Assembly: GCA_040756875.1 (NCBI GenBank)
Contig: JBFLYH010000002.1
Span: 350,526 to 414,525, forward strand
Source: a candidate division FCPU426 bacterium
GTDB lineage: Bacteria; Oederibacteriota; JAAXVQ01; JAUVAV01
Length of the DNA: 64,000 bases
Reading direction: 5' to 3'
Numbering within the stretch: the first letter of the stretch is position 1; each line of letters opens with the position of its first letter. The notes under the pieces are model-generated. The model had not been told where the DNA came from. It saw only the letters and a program-made list of their open reading frames with translations, and did no database searches. Below are positions 19,820 to 29,838 of this stretch, piece after piece. The position numbers and the translations under genes are program-made.

Positions 19820-22800
19820 TCACACTGAATTTAACTCGGACAAGAACTTTTTGATCTCTGCCAGGGGGTCCTGCCCTTTCAGGTTGAATTCGAAACCCGG
19901 CTGTTCGCCGGGCAGAAAGCGCAATCCCGGGATTTTTCCGGCCATCAGGCGGTCAACCACTGCTTTGGGCGGCTGGTAGTACTTGGGCCAGCGCAGCAGG
20001 CTGCGGCGGGAATCCAGGTTGACCTCCCGGAGACGCAACGCCAGGGCAGCCACCCGGACCTCGGCCACGGACAACAGGGTTTGCGCCGGGCCGGGCAGGG
20101 GCCCGAAGCGGCTTTCGATTTCCTTCCACAAAGCCGCCAGTTCGGCCGGAGTGCGCACCCCGGCCAGGCGCTTGTACAGGTTGAGCCGGGCCATGGTGTC
20201 GGGCACATAATCACCCGGCAGGTAGGCGTCCTGGGCGATCGAGATTTTGACTTCAGCCGGCGCCTCCTGCCTCTGGCCTTTGAGCTCCCGCACCGCTTCT
20301 TCCAGCAGACCGCAGTAGGTTTCGAAACCCACGGCTGTCACCGGGCCGGATTGCTCGGGCCCCAGAATGTCGCCGGCCCCGCGGATTTCCAGGTCCCGCA
20401 GTGCGACCTTCAGGCCGGAGCCGAGTTCCGTGAATTCCTGCAAGGTCAGCATGCGCTTCTCGGCATCTCCCGTAACCGCGCCGCCGACCGGGTAAAACAG
20501 GTAGGCGTACGCCTGCCGGTCCGCCCGCCCCACCCTTCCCCGCAACTGATAGAGCTGGGCGATGCCGAGCGCGTCCGCGCGGTTGATGAGGATGGTGTTG
20601 ACATTGGGCATATCCAGCCCGGCTTCCACGATGGTGGTGGAGACCAGCATGTCCTCGGCGCGGCTGATGAAGCGCTCCATCACCGGCTCCAGCTGGTCCC
20701 GGGTCATCTGCCCGTGCGCAACCGCGATCCGGGCTTCGGGCACCAGGCGTTTCAGGCGTTCGGCCATGGGGCCGATGGTCTGCACGCGGTTGTGCACGAA
20801 AAAAACCTGCCCGCCGCGCCCCAGTTCGCGCAGTACGGCCTCGCGGATCACGGCCTCGGAATACTCCAGGACATAGGTGCGGATCGGCAGCCGGTTCAGG
20901 GGCGGGGTCTCGATCACGGAGATGTCGCGGATTCCGGAGACCGACAGGTACAGCGTGCGGGGAATGGGCGTGGCGGTCAGGGCCAGCACGTCCACCACGG
21001 AGCGGAGCTTCTTGAGCTTTTCCTTCTGCTTGACGCCGAAGTGCTGCTCCTCGTCCAGGATGACGAGCCCGAGTTTGGCGAAAGCCACGTCCTGCGAAAG
21101 CAGCTTGTGCGTGCCGATGACGATGTCCACCGCGCCCTGGGCCAGGTCGCGCAGGACCTTTTTCTGCTCGGCCGGCGTGCGGAAACGCGAGAGCAGCTCG
21201 ATGCGGACCGGATAGGCGGCCATGCGCTCCTTGAAGGTGGCGAAGTGCTGGTCCGCCAGAATGGTCGTGGGCACCAGCACCGCCACCTGCATGCCCTCCT
21301 GCGTCACCTTGAAGGCGGCCCGCATGGCCACTTCGGTCTTGCCGAAGCCCACGTCCCCGCACACCAGGCGGTCCATGGGTTTGGGTTTCTCCAGGTCCCG
21401 CTTGACTTCCAGGATGGCCCGCGCCTGGTCCGGCGTTTCCTCGTAGGGAAACGCCTCCTCGAATTCCTTCTGCCAGGCCGTGTCCGGGCCGAAGGCATGG
21501 GCCTCGTGCACCTGCCGGGCCGCGTATATTTCCAGCAGCTGCCGCGCCAGTTCGGCCACGGACTCCCGCACGCGCTGTTTGGTGCGTTCCCAGGCGCCGG
21601 TGCCCAGGTGGTTCAGGCGCGGGGCGCCGTCGCTGCCGAGGTATTTTTCCACCAGGCGCAGCTGGTCCGTGGGCACGTAGAGCTTCTCGTCGTTGGCGTA
21701 CAGCAGCAGGACGAACTCCTGCTCCCCGCCGTCGATGGCGAGCCGGGTCACGCCTCCGTACCGGGCCAGGCCGTGGTCCCGGTGCACGGCCAAATCGCCG
21801 ATCTTCAGCTCCAGCACGTCGCTCAGCGGCTGCGAAGGGTAGGCTGCGCCCTTCAAACGGCGGGGTTTGGGACGGCCCAGATGGCGGTTGAAGATTTCCT
21901 GGTCGGAAAAAACCACGATCCCGCAGGCCGGATACTGGAAGCCTTGGGGCAGGTAGCCCAAATGGAAGGTGAAATGCCCGAGCAGATCCGGCTGGCTGAG
22001 CGTGGAAGCCTGCTCGGCCAGAATCTGCCGGAAGCGGCGCTCCTCCGCGGCGTTGTGGGCGACCAGATGCAGTTCCAGCCCCTGGCGTTTGAGCGCCAGG
22101 GCTTCGCGCACCAGCAGTTCGACGCTGCCCCGCATGGGGTCCGTGCCTTTGACCACGCCAGTCAGCTGCGGCCAGTGCTCGGTTTCCGGCCACACCTGCT
22201 GTTTGAGGCGGCCGGTCAGAACGCAGGCGCCGGCCGTGATCCGGCGGCCCAGGTCGCCAAAGGGAAGGTACAACCGCTCCGGCGAAGGCAGCAGCGGCGC
22301 CTGGGACCTGCGCTCGGCGTACAGGCGCTGGTTGCGGGCCTCGTCCTGCTCGGCCTGCTTTTGGCACAGGCCGGGCGAGTCCATGACCACCACGGTTTCC
22401 GGCGGCAGGTAGTCCAGCAGGCAGGCCGTGGGCAGGAAATCAGGCAGGTAGTTTTCCGCGCCCGGCGGTTGGGAATCCGCCTCCAGGCTCGCGGCCAGCG
22501 GCGCGACCGCAGCCGTGCCGTGCTGACGCGTCAGCCGCGCCAGGCCCTGCCGGATCTCCGCCGCCGAGGGCGCGAACAGCCGCGCCGGGGTGATTTCCGC
22601 TTCCCGGGCCATGCCGGCGGGCGCCGGATCGTCGGGCTGCAGGGTAAAGCGGCGCAGGCTGACGATTTCCGAACCGGAAAATTCGACGCGCCAGGGCGAG
22701 AGGTCCGCGGGCGGAAAGATATCCACGATTCCGCCGCGCACCGCCACCTGGCCGCGCGCCTCCACCATGCTTTCGCGCACGTAGCCGCGCTCGATCAGGT

Positions 22801-23290
22801 CGGCCAGCAGCCGGTCACGGTCCAGAAACTGCCCCTGCGCCAGGGTCAGGCAGCGGCCGAGCAGCCAGGACGGGCTCGGCAGGACCTCGCGGACCTGTTC
22901 GGCCGCGGCCACCACCACCGAGACCTGGCCCCGGGCCAGGCGCAGCAGCACTTCCAGGCGTTCGCCCTCAGCTTCCAGGTCCGGCAGCGCGTGCTCGTAC
23001 GGCAGCAACTCGCGGCCAGGAAATAAAAACAGCTCCTCCTGCTCGGGGTCCGGGTGCTCCAAAAAGATGCGGAACTGGTCGTACAGGCGCCGGGCTTCGT
23101 CCTGGGTGGGCACCACCAGCATGAGGGGCCTGCGAACCTGCTCCCTCACCCCGGACCATAAGAAGGGATAGGCCGAGCCCCACCATCCGAGTGCCCAGGC
23201 CTTGGGGTGGGGCGTTTGGGACAGCAGACGGCACAACTCCGTGTACTGCGGGTCCTGATGGAGTTTGATCAACAGGGCTCGTAAAGGCAT
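19820..23290 (-). CDS. mfd: Transcription-repair coupling factor
   Basis: GDVGFGKT, DEEQHFGV, QLRGRVGR and DLEIRGAG motifs; CarD-like and TRCF domains. Confidence 0.97.
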   Translation of the reverse strand: MPLRALLIKLHQDPQYTELCRLLSQTPHPKAWALGWWGSAYPFLWSGVREQVRRPLMLVVPTQDEARRLYDQFRIFLEHPDPEQEELFLFPGRELLPYEHALPDLEAEGERLEVLLRLARGQVSVVVAAAEQVREVLPSPSWLLGRCLTLAQGQFLDRDRLLADLIERGYVRESMVEARGQVAVRGGIVDIFPPADLSPWRVEFSGSEIVSLRRFTLQPDDPAPAGMAREAEITPARLFAPSAAEIRQGLARLTRQHGTAAVAPLAASLEADSQPPGAENYLPDFLPTACLLDYLPPETVVVMDSPGLCQKQAEQDEARNQRLYAERRSQAPLLPSPERLYLPFGDLGRRITAGACVLTGRLKQQVWPETEHWPQLTGVVKGTDPMRGSVELLVREALALKRQGLELHLVAHNAAEERRFRQILAEQASTLSQPDLLGHFTFHLGYLPQGFQYPACGIVVFSDQEIFNRHLGRPKPRRLKGAAYPSQPLSDVLELKIGDLAVHRDHGLARYGGVTRLAIDGGEQEFVLLLYANDEKLYVPTDQLRLVEKYLGSDGAPRLNHLGTGAWERTKQRVRESVAELARQLLEIYAARQVHEAHAFGPDTAWQKEFEEAFPYEETPDQARAILEVKRDLEKPKPMDRLVCGDVGFGKTEVAMRAAFKVTQEGMQVAVLVPTTILADQHFATFKERMAAYPVRIELLSRFRTPAEQKKVLRDLAQGAVDIVIGTHKLLSQDVAFAKLGLVILDEEQHFGVKQKEKLKKLRSVVDVLALTATPIPRTLYLSVSGIRDISVIETPPLNRLPIRTYVLEYSEAVIREAVLRELGRGGQVFFVHNRVQTIGPMAERLKRLVPEARIAVAHGQMTRDQLEPVMERFISRAEDMLVSTTIVEAGLDMPNVNTILINRADALGIAQLYQLRGRVGRADRQAYAYLFYPVGGAVTGDAEKRMLTLQEFTELGSGLKVALRDLEIRGAGDILGPEQSGPVTAVGFETYCGLLEEAVRELKGQRQEAPAEVKISIAQDAYLPGDYVPDTMARLNLYKRLAGVRTPAELAALWKEIESRFGPLPGPAQTLLSVAEVRVAALALRLREVNLDSRRSLLRWPKYYQPPKAVVDRLMAGKIPGLRFLPGEQPGFEFNLKGQDPLAEIKKFLSELNSV

Positions 23291-23300
23291 GTTCCTTTTC

Positions 23301-26120
23301 CTAGCGGCTTCCCTGCCCGGATAAGACTCCGGCGCCAAGATCAAGCGACAGTCCGAACCACCAGCCGGGCTGCGGCGTCTGGTATACGAACGCCGCGCTG
23401 ATTTGACCGGGCAGATACCAGAACCACCGGGTGTCCAAATGGCAGGCCCCGCCCAGGGAGGTGCGTTTCCGTTCCTGCCATTGCGGCCAGCTCAAACCAC
23501 CCTCCCAGCCCGCTCCCTGTTCAGCCAGGCCTTCCAGCCACAGGGATTGAAAAAAGACCGGCAACAATCCCACGCCATTGTCCACATGCGCCAGGGGCAA
23601 CCGGTAGGACGCGCTTAAGGTCATCACCTGCCCGGCGTTGAAAACCCCGCCGCTCCAGCCCAGCGGAGCGGGACCGGAAAAAGCATCCGGAAATATTCCC
23701 CGCTGGTTCAATCCCCTGGCCCCCACTTTCCAGGCGTGCCCCGGAATCCCGGAGGGAAAATAAACCTCGCCGTTCCAGGCCACGGCCCGGCCGTCAAAAG
23801 CCTGCTGCGGGCCGGCTGAATGATAGTGAATCGACCCCAGCACGCCCGACACTGGAAAGGGATCTCGCGCATGCTGCATGCCCGAAAAAAAGCCCGCACT
23901 GCCGCTCCACTGCCAGCTGTCCGGAGCCGGGAACAATGCCGCGGTTTCCGAAGCGAGCGAGAAAGCCTCGATCTCTGCCCCCACGTTCAGGCTGGTGAGG
24001 CGGTCGGTCGCCATTTGAAGCACCAGGGGAAGCTGGGCTTGCAGGCCTGCGCCGGCGGCGCGGTACCAAAAAAGTTCCCCGCTGCCCCGCTCTCCGGGCC
24101 GGCCGTAGCGGCTGCGCGCTTCCCGGAAAACCCGCGGCGTCAGTATCACCGGCAACTCCAAATTGGTATAAGAGGCGTTGCCGTAGACCTGACCGGAAGC
24201 GGGCTGGTACAGGACTTGGGCCCACCAGGCGTGCATGCCCAGGGGGTCCTGCCGGCCCGAGGCAGCGCCCCACAGCAGGCCGTCTGCATCGCTTCCCACC
24301 ATGGGCATCCAATAGGTGGGGGCCAGGTGCGGCCAGGCCGAATACCCCGGCCCAGCGGCGGGCGGCAGGTCGTACTCCGGCTCAGCCAGTGGCTGGGTCC
24401 CGGGCTGCGGCACGTCCCAGGCTTGCCATGCGGCAGGGTCCAGCGGCGCTGTGACGATGCGCTGGATGTTGCCCGGCCGGTACTCGGCAAAAGCCAGCTG
24501 CTCTCCGTCCGGGGAAACCACGGGGTCAAAGGCGCCGAGCCAGGCCCGGGTCACCTGCCAGAGTCTGCGCTCGGCAATGTCCCAGGCAAAAACCTGGTAA
24601 GTGCCGCCCCGGTCTGAAACGAAAAATATCCTTCTGCCGTCCGGAGACCAGGCGGGATTGAAATCTCCGGCCTCGTCCCAGTTGGTGAGCGCTTCCAGCC
24701 GGCCGGTGGCCGTGTCCACCAGGCAGATATCCTGTCTGCCGGACAGGCGCACGCTGGCAGCCAGCTGCCGGCCGTCCGGAGACCAGGCAGGCGAGGCGTA
24801 ATTCGCGCCCTGGGGACCGGGCAGCAGGTCCACCCGGCCGCTGCCGAGGTCCACCAGGCCGATCCGGGTGGCGCCGAATTCATTGACCACGCAGGCCAGG
24901 CGGCCGTCGGAGGCCAGCGCCGGGGACCAGGCGCGGGCATTGCGGGTCAAACGCTTTTCCCGGCCGCCGGTCCATTGGTAGAGATCCGCCGTGAATGCGG
25001 AGGTATAGACCGGATCCATGGCCAGGCGCGCGTAAACAAACGCATCCTGACCGGGCTCATAATCGTAACGGCTCACAGGCAGGTCCGGCCGGCCTGCCGT
25101 CCTGATGGCGCCGGACGGATCAATGCTCACAAGGGCCGAATCCTCGCCCTGGCTCTGGCGGTAGGCCACAAGCCCGCCGTGACTGGTCCACTTGGGCTGG
25201 CTGAAAAAAGCCCGCGAATCCTCCGCGGCCACGGCGGCCCGGGCTATGGCCGGACGGTCTTCACCCAGGCGGGCGCGGAATTCCGCGGTTCGCCGGTTGC
25301 TGACTTCCCGCCACACCTCGTAGGCCGAGCGGCCGGTGACAGCCGGCCAGGTGTCGAGCAGTCCGAACAGCGGCCAGGCGCTCTGGCGGCCTGAAAGGCG
25401 GGCAATGAGATCCGGCGCCGGAGCGGTGGATTCCAGTGCTTTGATCAGGTCATACCCCGCCACATATACCCGGTCAGCCGGATAAGCCCAGAGCGGATCA
25501 TTGTCCAGCTGGCCCATGGTCCAGGGCCCATCCGAAAGCAGGTTGGCCGCAAGCTCCAGGTCCCGCCACGGGCTGCGGCCCCGGCCGCCTGTTTCGGACA
25601 GCTCGGTCTCCGCGTACACAGCCAGGCCCTCGACCCACCAGCGCGGCGCCACCAGGTTGCCGCCGTTCACCTCGCCGAAGACCGCGGCCAGAGCCGCGGT
25701 CAGGCCTTCGCAGCGCATGCCGTGGCAGAGATGGGCATATTCATGGCGCAGAACCTGGGCCAGCCACTCCTGGTCGCGCGGGCCGAAAAACTTGTTTTCC
25801 GGCGCGGTCAGACTCACTTCTATTTTGCGGTAAATGGTTTGGGCATAGCCGCCGGCCAGGTCGCTGTCAGCCGCGAGCACGATGGGCGTGAGGCCGGGCG
25901 GCGCGTAACCGAACAGCCGCTTGGCTTCGGGGTAAATCCGTTCGGCCCAGGCGGCCGCACGCGCCGCGGCCTGGGCGTGGGCGCCGGGATAAATAAACAG
26001 AAAGTGCCCGGTGGCGAGTTCGCGCCAGTCCTGCGCGGGATCATGGCGGGCCCATGCTCCGGACGGCCAAGCCAGGCAAGCCAGGAAGCAGGCAGCGAAG
26101 AGAGTGCGGATGGTTCCCAT
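23301..26120 (-). CDS. Zn-peptidase-like + PD40/TolB propeller + Omp85-like barrel protein
   Basis: HEYAH..EGLA gluzincin-like motif; PAWSPDG repeats; aromatic-rich beta-strand C-terminal third. Confidence 0.7.
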   Translation of the reverse strand: MGTIRTLFAACFLACLAWPSGAWARHDPAQDWRELATGHFLFIYPGAHAQAAARAAAWAERIYPEAKRLFGYAPPGLTPIVLAADSDLAGGYAQTIYRKIEVSLTAPENKFFGPRDQEWLAQVLRHEYAHLCHGMRCEGLTAALAAVFGEVNGGNLVAPRWWVEGLAVYAETELSETGGRGRSPWRDLELAANLLSDGPWTMGQLDNDPLWAYPADRVYVAGYDLIKALESTAPAPDLIARLSGRQSAWPLFGLLDTWPAVTGRSAYEVWREVSNRRTAEFRARLGEDRPAIARAAVAAEDSRAFFSQPKWTSHGGLVAYRQSQGEDSALVSIDPSGAIRTAGRPDLPVSRYDYEPGQDAFVYARLAMDPVYTSAFTADLYQWTGGREKRLTRNARAWSPALASDGRLACVVNEFGATRIGLVDLGSGRVDLLPGPQGANYASPAWSPDGRQLAASVRLSGRQDICLVDTATGRLEALTNWDEAGDFNPAWSPDGRRIFFVSDRGGTYQVFAWDIAERRLWQVTRAWLGAFDPVVSPDGEQLAFAEYRPGNIQRIVTAPLDPAAWQAWDVPQPGTQPLAEPEYDLPPAAGPGYSAWPHLAPTYWMPMVGSDADGLLWGAASGRQDPLGMHAWWAQVLYQPASGQVYGNASYTNLELPVILTPRVFREARSRYGRPGERGSGELFWYRAAGAGLQAQLPLVLQMATDRLTSLNVGAEIEAFSLASETAALFPAPDSWQWSGSAGFFSGMQHARDPFPVSGVLGSIHYHSAGPQQAFDGRAVAWNGEVYFPSGIPGHAWKVGARGLNQRGIFPDAFSGPAPLGWSGGVFNAGQVMTLSASYRLPLAHVDNGVGLLPVFFQSLWLEGLAEQGAGWEGGLSWPQWQERKRTSLGGACHLDTRWFWYLPGQISAAFVYQTPQPGWWFGLSLDLGAGVLSGQGSR

Positions 26121-26161
26121 GGATTGAGACTATATCACTCCCGGCGATTCGGCGCCAAAAC

Positions 26162-26193
26162 AAAAAAGCCCCCGGGCCAAACGCCCGGGGGCT
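26162..26193 (-). terminator. Rho-independent terminator
   Basis: AGCCCCCGGGC/GCCCGGGGGCT stem plus U-tract. Confidence 0.85.
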
Positions 26194-26215
26194 GGCAAAA
26201 CGTGCTGCGCCGGCT

Positions 26216-27181
26216 TTATTTCAAAGCGGCGGTTATCGCAATCTGATGGGTCAGGCCGAGATCGCCGAAGGAAACCATGGCGTAATCCAGCGACAGTTCC
26301 GTGGTGCCGAGCGGAACCTTGGCGCCTACGCCCGCGGTCAGCCCCGTGATGCCGCCCAGTTCGCCGGTATCCTTGATTTTATATCCCGCGCGCACGGCCG
26401 CCACGTTGTTGAACCAGTATTCCGTGCCGACATTGGCGGAGGTGTAATTCACGTCGCCGAAAGGCAGGTTGACGTCCACCAGCACGTTCCAGACATCGCC
26501 CGTGGAAATGGAGAGCGGCACCAAATAGGCCAGGCCGGCTTTGGCGTTCATGGGCAGCGACGCGTCGCCGAGGGTGGTGCCCAGGTTCTGCACGGTCAGG
26601 CCGGCGGAAAAGCCGGGTGCGCCCATGGCATCCAGTTTGAAGAGCCCGCCCACATCCAGCGCAAAGGCCGAGTAGGTCTCGGTGTCAATGTTCTGGCTGA
26701 TGAACTTCACGGCGCCGCCGACCGCCAGGCTGGGAAGCAGCCACTGGCCGTAGCCCACGGTGGCTGTATACACCAGCGGGGTGAACTCGCCTACGACCTC
26801 GGGCAGGCCGTTGACTTCGTTGACTTTGTCCATCTTGCCGAAATTAAGCATCATCAGGTTGACACCCAGGCCGGCGCCGGGCATCAGCTGCGTCGCAAAC
26901 GCGAGGTATTCGAGGGAGGTTTCTTCCAGATAGATATTGTGCATGAACCCGGCTTGGATGCCGTTGATCTGGGCCAAGCCTGCCGCGTTCCACGAAGGGG
27001 CGTTAAGATCATCGGCTTTGGCGACGAACGCCTCGCCCATGGCCACGGGCCTGGGCCCCAACCCGATCTTCAATTCCGAACCGCCCACTTTGCCGATGTC
27101 AAAATTGGTTTGTGCTGCCCCGGCCGCCGCCACCCAGCAGAATGTCGCAGCCAGCATCAAAACTCCGGTTTTCGCGCTCAT
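26216..27181 (-). CDS. PorV/PorQ-family outer-membrane barrel
   Basis: LKIGLGPRPVAMGEAFVAKADDLNAPSWNAAGL; AVRAGY; LDYA..GDLGLTHQI. Confidence 0.85.
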   Translation of the reverse strand: MSAKTGVLMLAATFCWVAAAGAAQTNFDIGKVGGSELKIGLGPRPVAMGEAFVAKADDLNAPSWNAAGLAQINGIQAGFMHNIYLEETSLEYLAFATQLMPGAGLGVNLMMLNFGKMDKVNEVNGLPEVVGEFTPLVYTATVGYGQWLLPSLAVGGAVKFISQNIDTETYSAFALDVGGLFKLDAMGAPGFSAGLTVQNLGTTLGDASLPMNAKAGLAYLVPLSISTGDVWNVLVDVNLPFGDVNYTSANVGTEYWFNNVAAVRAGYKIKDTGELGGITGLTAGVGAKVPLGTTELSLDYAMVSFGDLGLTHQIAITAALK

Positions 27182-27443
27182 ATTTCCTCCCCCTCACCTT
27201 TCAGACTGGATGGAACCTTGACCTTATTGGTATCACACTTTGTTTTAGGCAGCAAGGGATTTTTAGCAAAAAGCCGTTTTCAAAGCCAAAAGCCGATCCC
27301 TGCTGCCTGATATCCCTAGATCAATTATCGTCAGCCGCCTTCGTATGCTTTAAGTCAAAAAGATAATACGCGGGCCTGCGGCAGTTTCGTTTCAATGATT
27401 TTCAGTGGTAAAAGGCCGGGAGTGCGGGAGAGAATGGAGGCGG

Positions 27444-27914
27444 TTATTCCCTTTGGGCCGGCATGGAAATGGCTCTTTGGTAGGCCGCCTGGATAATAGC
27501 GGCCAGGGGAACCGCTAACACCACGCCTAAAATGCCAAAGACGAATCCACCGAAAAAAATAACCGGAATTACCACCCACGGGCTGAGGTTCAACCTGCTC
27601 CCCAGGATTTTCGGCTGCCAGACCAGGCTCTCCAGCGCCTGGACCACGGCCCAGACGCCGGCCACGCCCAGCAACACCCAGCCGTTGCGATGCGCCACCC
27701 AGGCCGCAATGAGGGCCGGCACAAAGCCCACGACCGGCCCCACGACCGGTATGATGCTGCACAGACCGGCCACGGCACCCAGCCAGAAGGCATGCGGGAT
27801 GCCCAAAGCCCAAAACCCCAGGCCTGAAACCAGGCTATTGAGGGCGAGAATCAAAAACTGTCCGAGGATGAATTCCTTCAGTATGATCACTACTTCCAAC
27901 CAAAACGGTTTCAT
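27444..27914 (-). CDS. AI-2E family transporter, C-terminal half only (156 aa)
   Basis: IPVVGP, QALESLVWQPKILG and GILGVVLAVP motifs. Confidence 0.75.
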   Translation of the reverse strand: MKPFWLEVVIILKEFILGQFLILALNSLVSGLGFWALGIPHAFWLGAVAGLCSIIPVVGPVVGFVPALIAAWVAHRNGWVLLGVAGVWAVVQALESLVWQPKILGSRLNLSPWVVIPVIFFGGFVFGILGVVLAVPLAAIIQAAYQRAISMPAQRE

Positions 27915-28076
27915 GGCCCCCCGCCGGACAAATGTGTTTCCCCGGCCATTATACCAGAACCATTCCGAGGCTGTTGCGTTCCCTTGGCCGGAGTCATGAG
28001 CCGCGAATTTTAATGAGCCAAATACGGGAAATTGATATATATTTAGATGAACATATAACATCGCCGGGGGGACCCC

Positions 28077-28634
28077 ATGGCTCAGGTCAAAGGCACTTCA
28101 TTGCTTCACCGCTTTCAGGTTTTGGAAAAAAACGCGACCCCCGAACAAATATCCAGGATCATCGAAAAAGTGGCCCCGGACCTGCGGACCGCTTATTTGC
28201 AGAAAAAAATCCTGCCTATCAAATGGTATCCCATCGGATGGCTGGAAACCCTGATGATTGCTGCAGACGAAGTCTTGGGCAGGGGTGATTTGGCCTATTG
28301 CGTCGATTTGGGCCGGCAGGTCAGCGCCATTGCGGTTAAAGGCATATATAAAATGTTTTACAAACTCAGTTCCGTCGAGTTGATTTTTAAAAACGCCCCC
28401 ATGGTATGGAAACAACTGTTCGACGTCGGTCTCTGCCAAGCGGTGATTCCGCACAAAGGCGAAGGGCGGATGACGGTCTCGCAATTCCCGGACATGCCCA
28501 AAAGTCTCTGCCTGTCCCTGTTGGGCTGGTGCGAGGCGGTGATTGAAATGGCCGGCGGGAAAAATATCCGCATCAAGATCGAGCAGTGGCCTGGGCCGGA
28601 AACTCCCCTGGTGCTGGCAGCGAACTGGGAATAG
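28077..28634 (+). CDS. DUF2378/TIGR02265-like protein
   Basis: VKG..WYP..LGR..W..GW..GG pattern. Confidence 0.55.
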   Translation: MAQVKGTSLLHRFQVLEKNATPEQISRIIEKVAPDLRTAYLQKKILPIKWYPIGWLETLMIAADEVLGRGDLAYCVDLGRQVSAIAVKGIYKMFYKLSSVELIFKNAPMVWKQLFDVGLCQAVIPHKGEGRMTVSQFPDMPKSLCLSLLGWCEAVIEMAGGKNIRIKIEQWPGPETPLVLAANWE

Positions 28635-28898
28635 CCGTTCTCGCCTGGCACGGTACCCCTTCAGTTCCCTTTTTCACCCCGACACTGTTGTTCCTCGTAA
28701 AACCCAACCATGAAAAACGCCATGCGCGAATATCTCTATCAGGAACGAAAGACCCTACGGGCTGGCGCCAGAAGAACCCCACGAAAGGATTAAGCCTGGG
28801 CGCACACATGCCGAAAATACCAGTCAGAAGCCGCCTAGGGAGCGCGTAGGCTGCTTGCGGCCGTTCAAGTGAAAATGCCAGGTGCACCGGGAGGGAAC

Positions 28899-29243
28899 AT
28901 GAAAGACAAACGGATGCTGAAGCGGCGGCATTTGATTTATTATTTGCGCCTGCTCGAACAACCGGGCAACCGGGTCGTGGGATATCTGGTGGACATCACC
29001 ACCGAGGGCTTCATGATGATGAGCGAGACCCCGAGCGAAGTGGGAAAAAAATATAAACTGAAATTGTTGGTAAATGACGAACACGGCGACAAGCGTTTCA
29101 TGCTGTTCGCCGCCGTCTGCCGCTGGTGCAAGCGCAGCCTGAACACCATTTTTTACGATGCTGGATTTGAACTGGAAAACATCAGCGCCAAGGAATTTCT
29201 AGGCATCCGGAAAATGATCAAGGAACTGGGATTCAATGATTGA
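28899..29243 (+). CDS. PilZ-domain protein
   Basis: RxxxR (RMLKR) and DITTEG c-di-GMP-binding motifs. Confidence 0.85.
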   Translation: MKDKRMLKRRHLIYYLRLLEQPGNRVVGYLVDITTEGFMMMSETPSEVGKKYKLKLLVNDEHGDKRFMLFAAVCRWCKRSLNTIFYDAGFELENISAKEFLGIRKMIKELGFND

Positions 29244-29273
29244 TCTGAAAGCCTTTCCCCATTAACGCACGGG

Positions 29274-29690
29274 TCACCGGCACTGCCATATTTTATCCAG
29301 GTACCACTGCCCGCGGATTTTAACAAAATCGATATGAATATGCCCCCATTCATCCCCATGGCCGCCCAGTTTGTATTGCGTTTGGTCCGCAGGAAACTCG
29401 GCCTGCGCGTGCAGGCGGCGCAGGGGCGTCGCCTGGTCGAAGCGCTGGAGATACCCGAAAAAACCGCGAAAATACTCCGGATCGCCCGAAGGTTCCGCGC
29501 AAGCGTTATAGAGCTTTTCCCATTCGTTGTTTTCAACGGCAGCGGCGACAAAATCCACCGCCGCCCGGGCGTCGGAAAAAGCAGGTTTGCCTTTCATCGG
29601 CGCGCCTCCGGTCCGGCCCATGGAAAACGCCGGGCCCGAAATGCACAGCAATGGAACCAGCAAACTCCAACCGATCTTCGTAATCTTCAC
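29274..29690 (-). CDS. Hypothetical exported protein
   Basis: Signal peptide; FVKIRGQWYL C-terminus suggests an NTF2-like fold. Confidence 0.55.
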   Translation of the reverse strand: MKITKIGWSLLVPLLCISGPAFSMGRTGGAPMKGKPAFSDARAAVDFVAAAVENNEWEKLYNACAEPSGDPEYFRGFFGYLQRFDQATPLRRLHAQAEFPADQTQYKLGGHGDEWGHIHIDFVKIRGQWYLDKIWQCR

Positions 29691-29838
29691 GTCAGCCCCG
29701 TATATCGCCTGGGTTGAAACACGCCTTTCCCCTGTTCAATAACTGTTAGGTCGCGGATTATATCCAAACAGTCCAAATCACAACCGGGACTTCCCTCAGG
29801 CTCATAGCGGCATCCCCACTTGCCTGCCTGCTGGTTCG

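Noticed and set aside
20081-23026. Long alternative ORFs over mfd (981 aa plus strand, 704 aa shifted frame)
   Set aside because: Shadow ORFs typical of high-GC3 genes; no motifs; fully overlap mfd
28635-28898. c-di-GMP riboswitch upstream of the PilZ gene
   Set aside because: No GEMM-type consensus recognisable by eye; an Rfam scan would be needed
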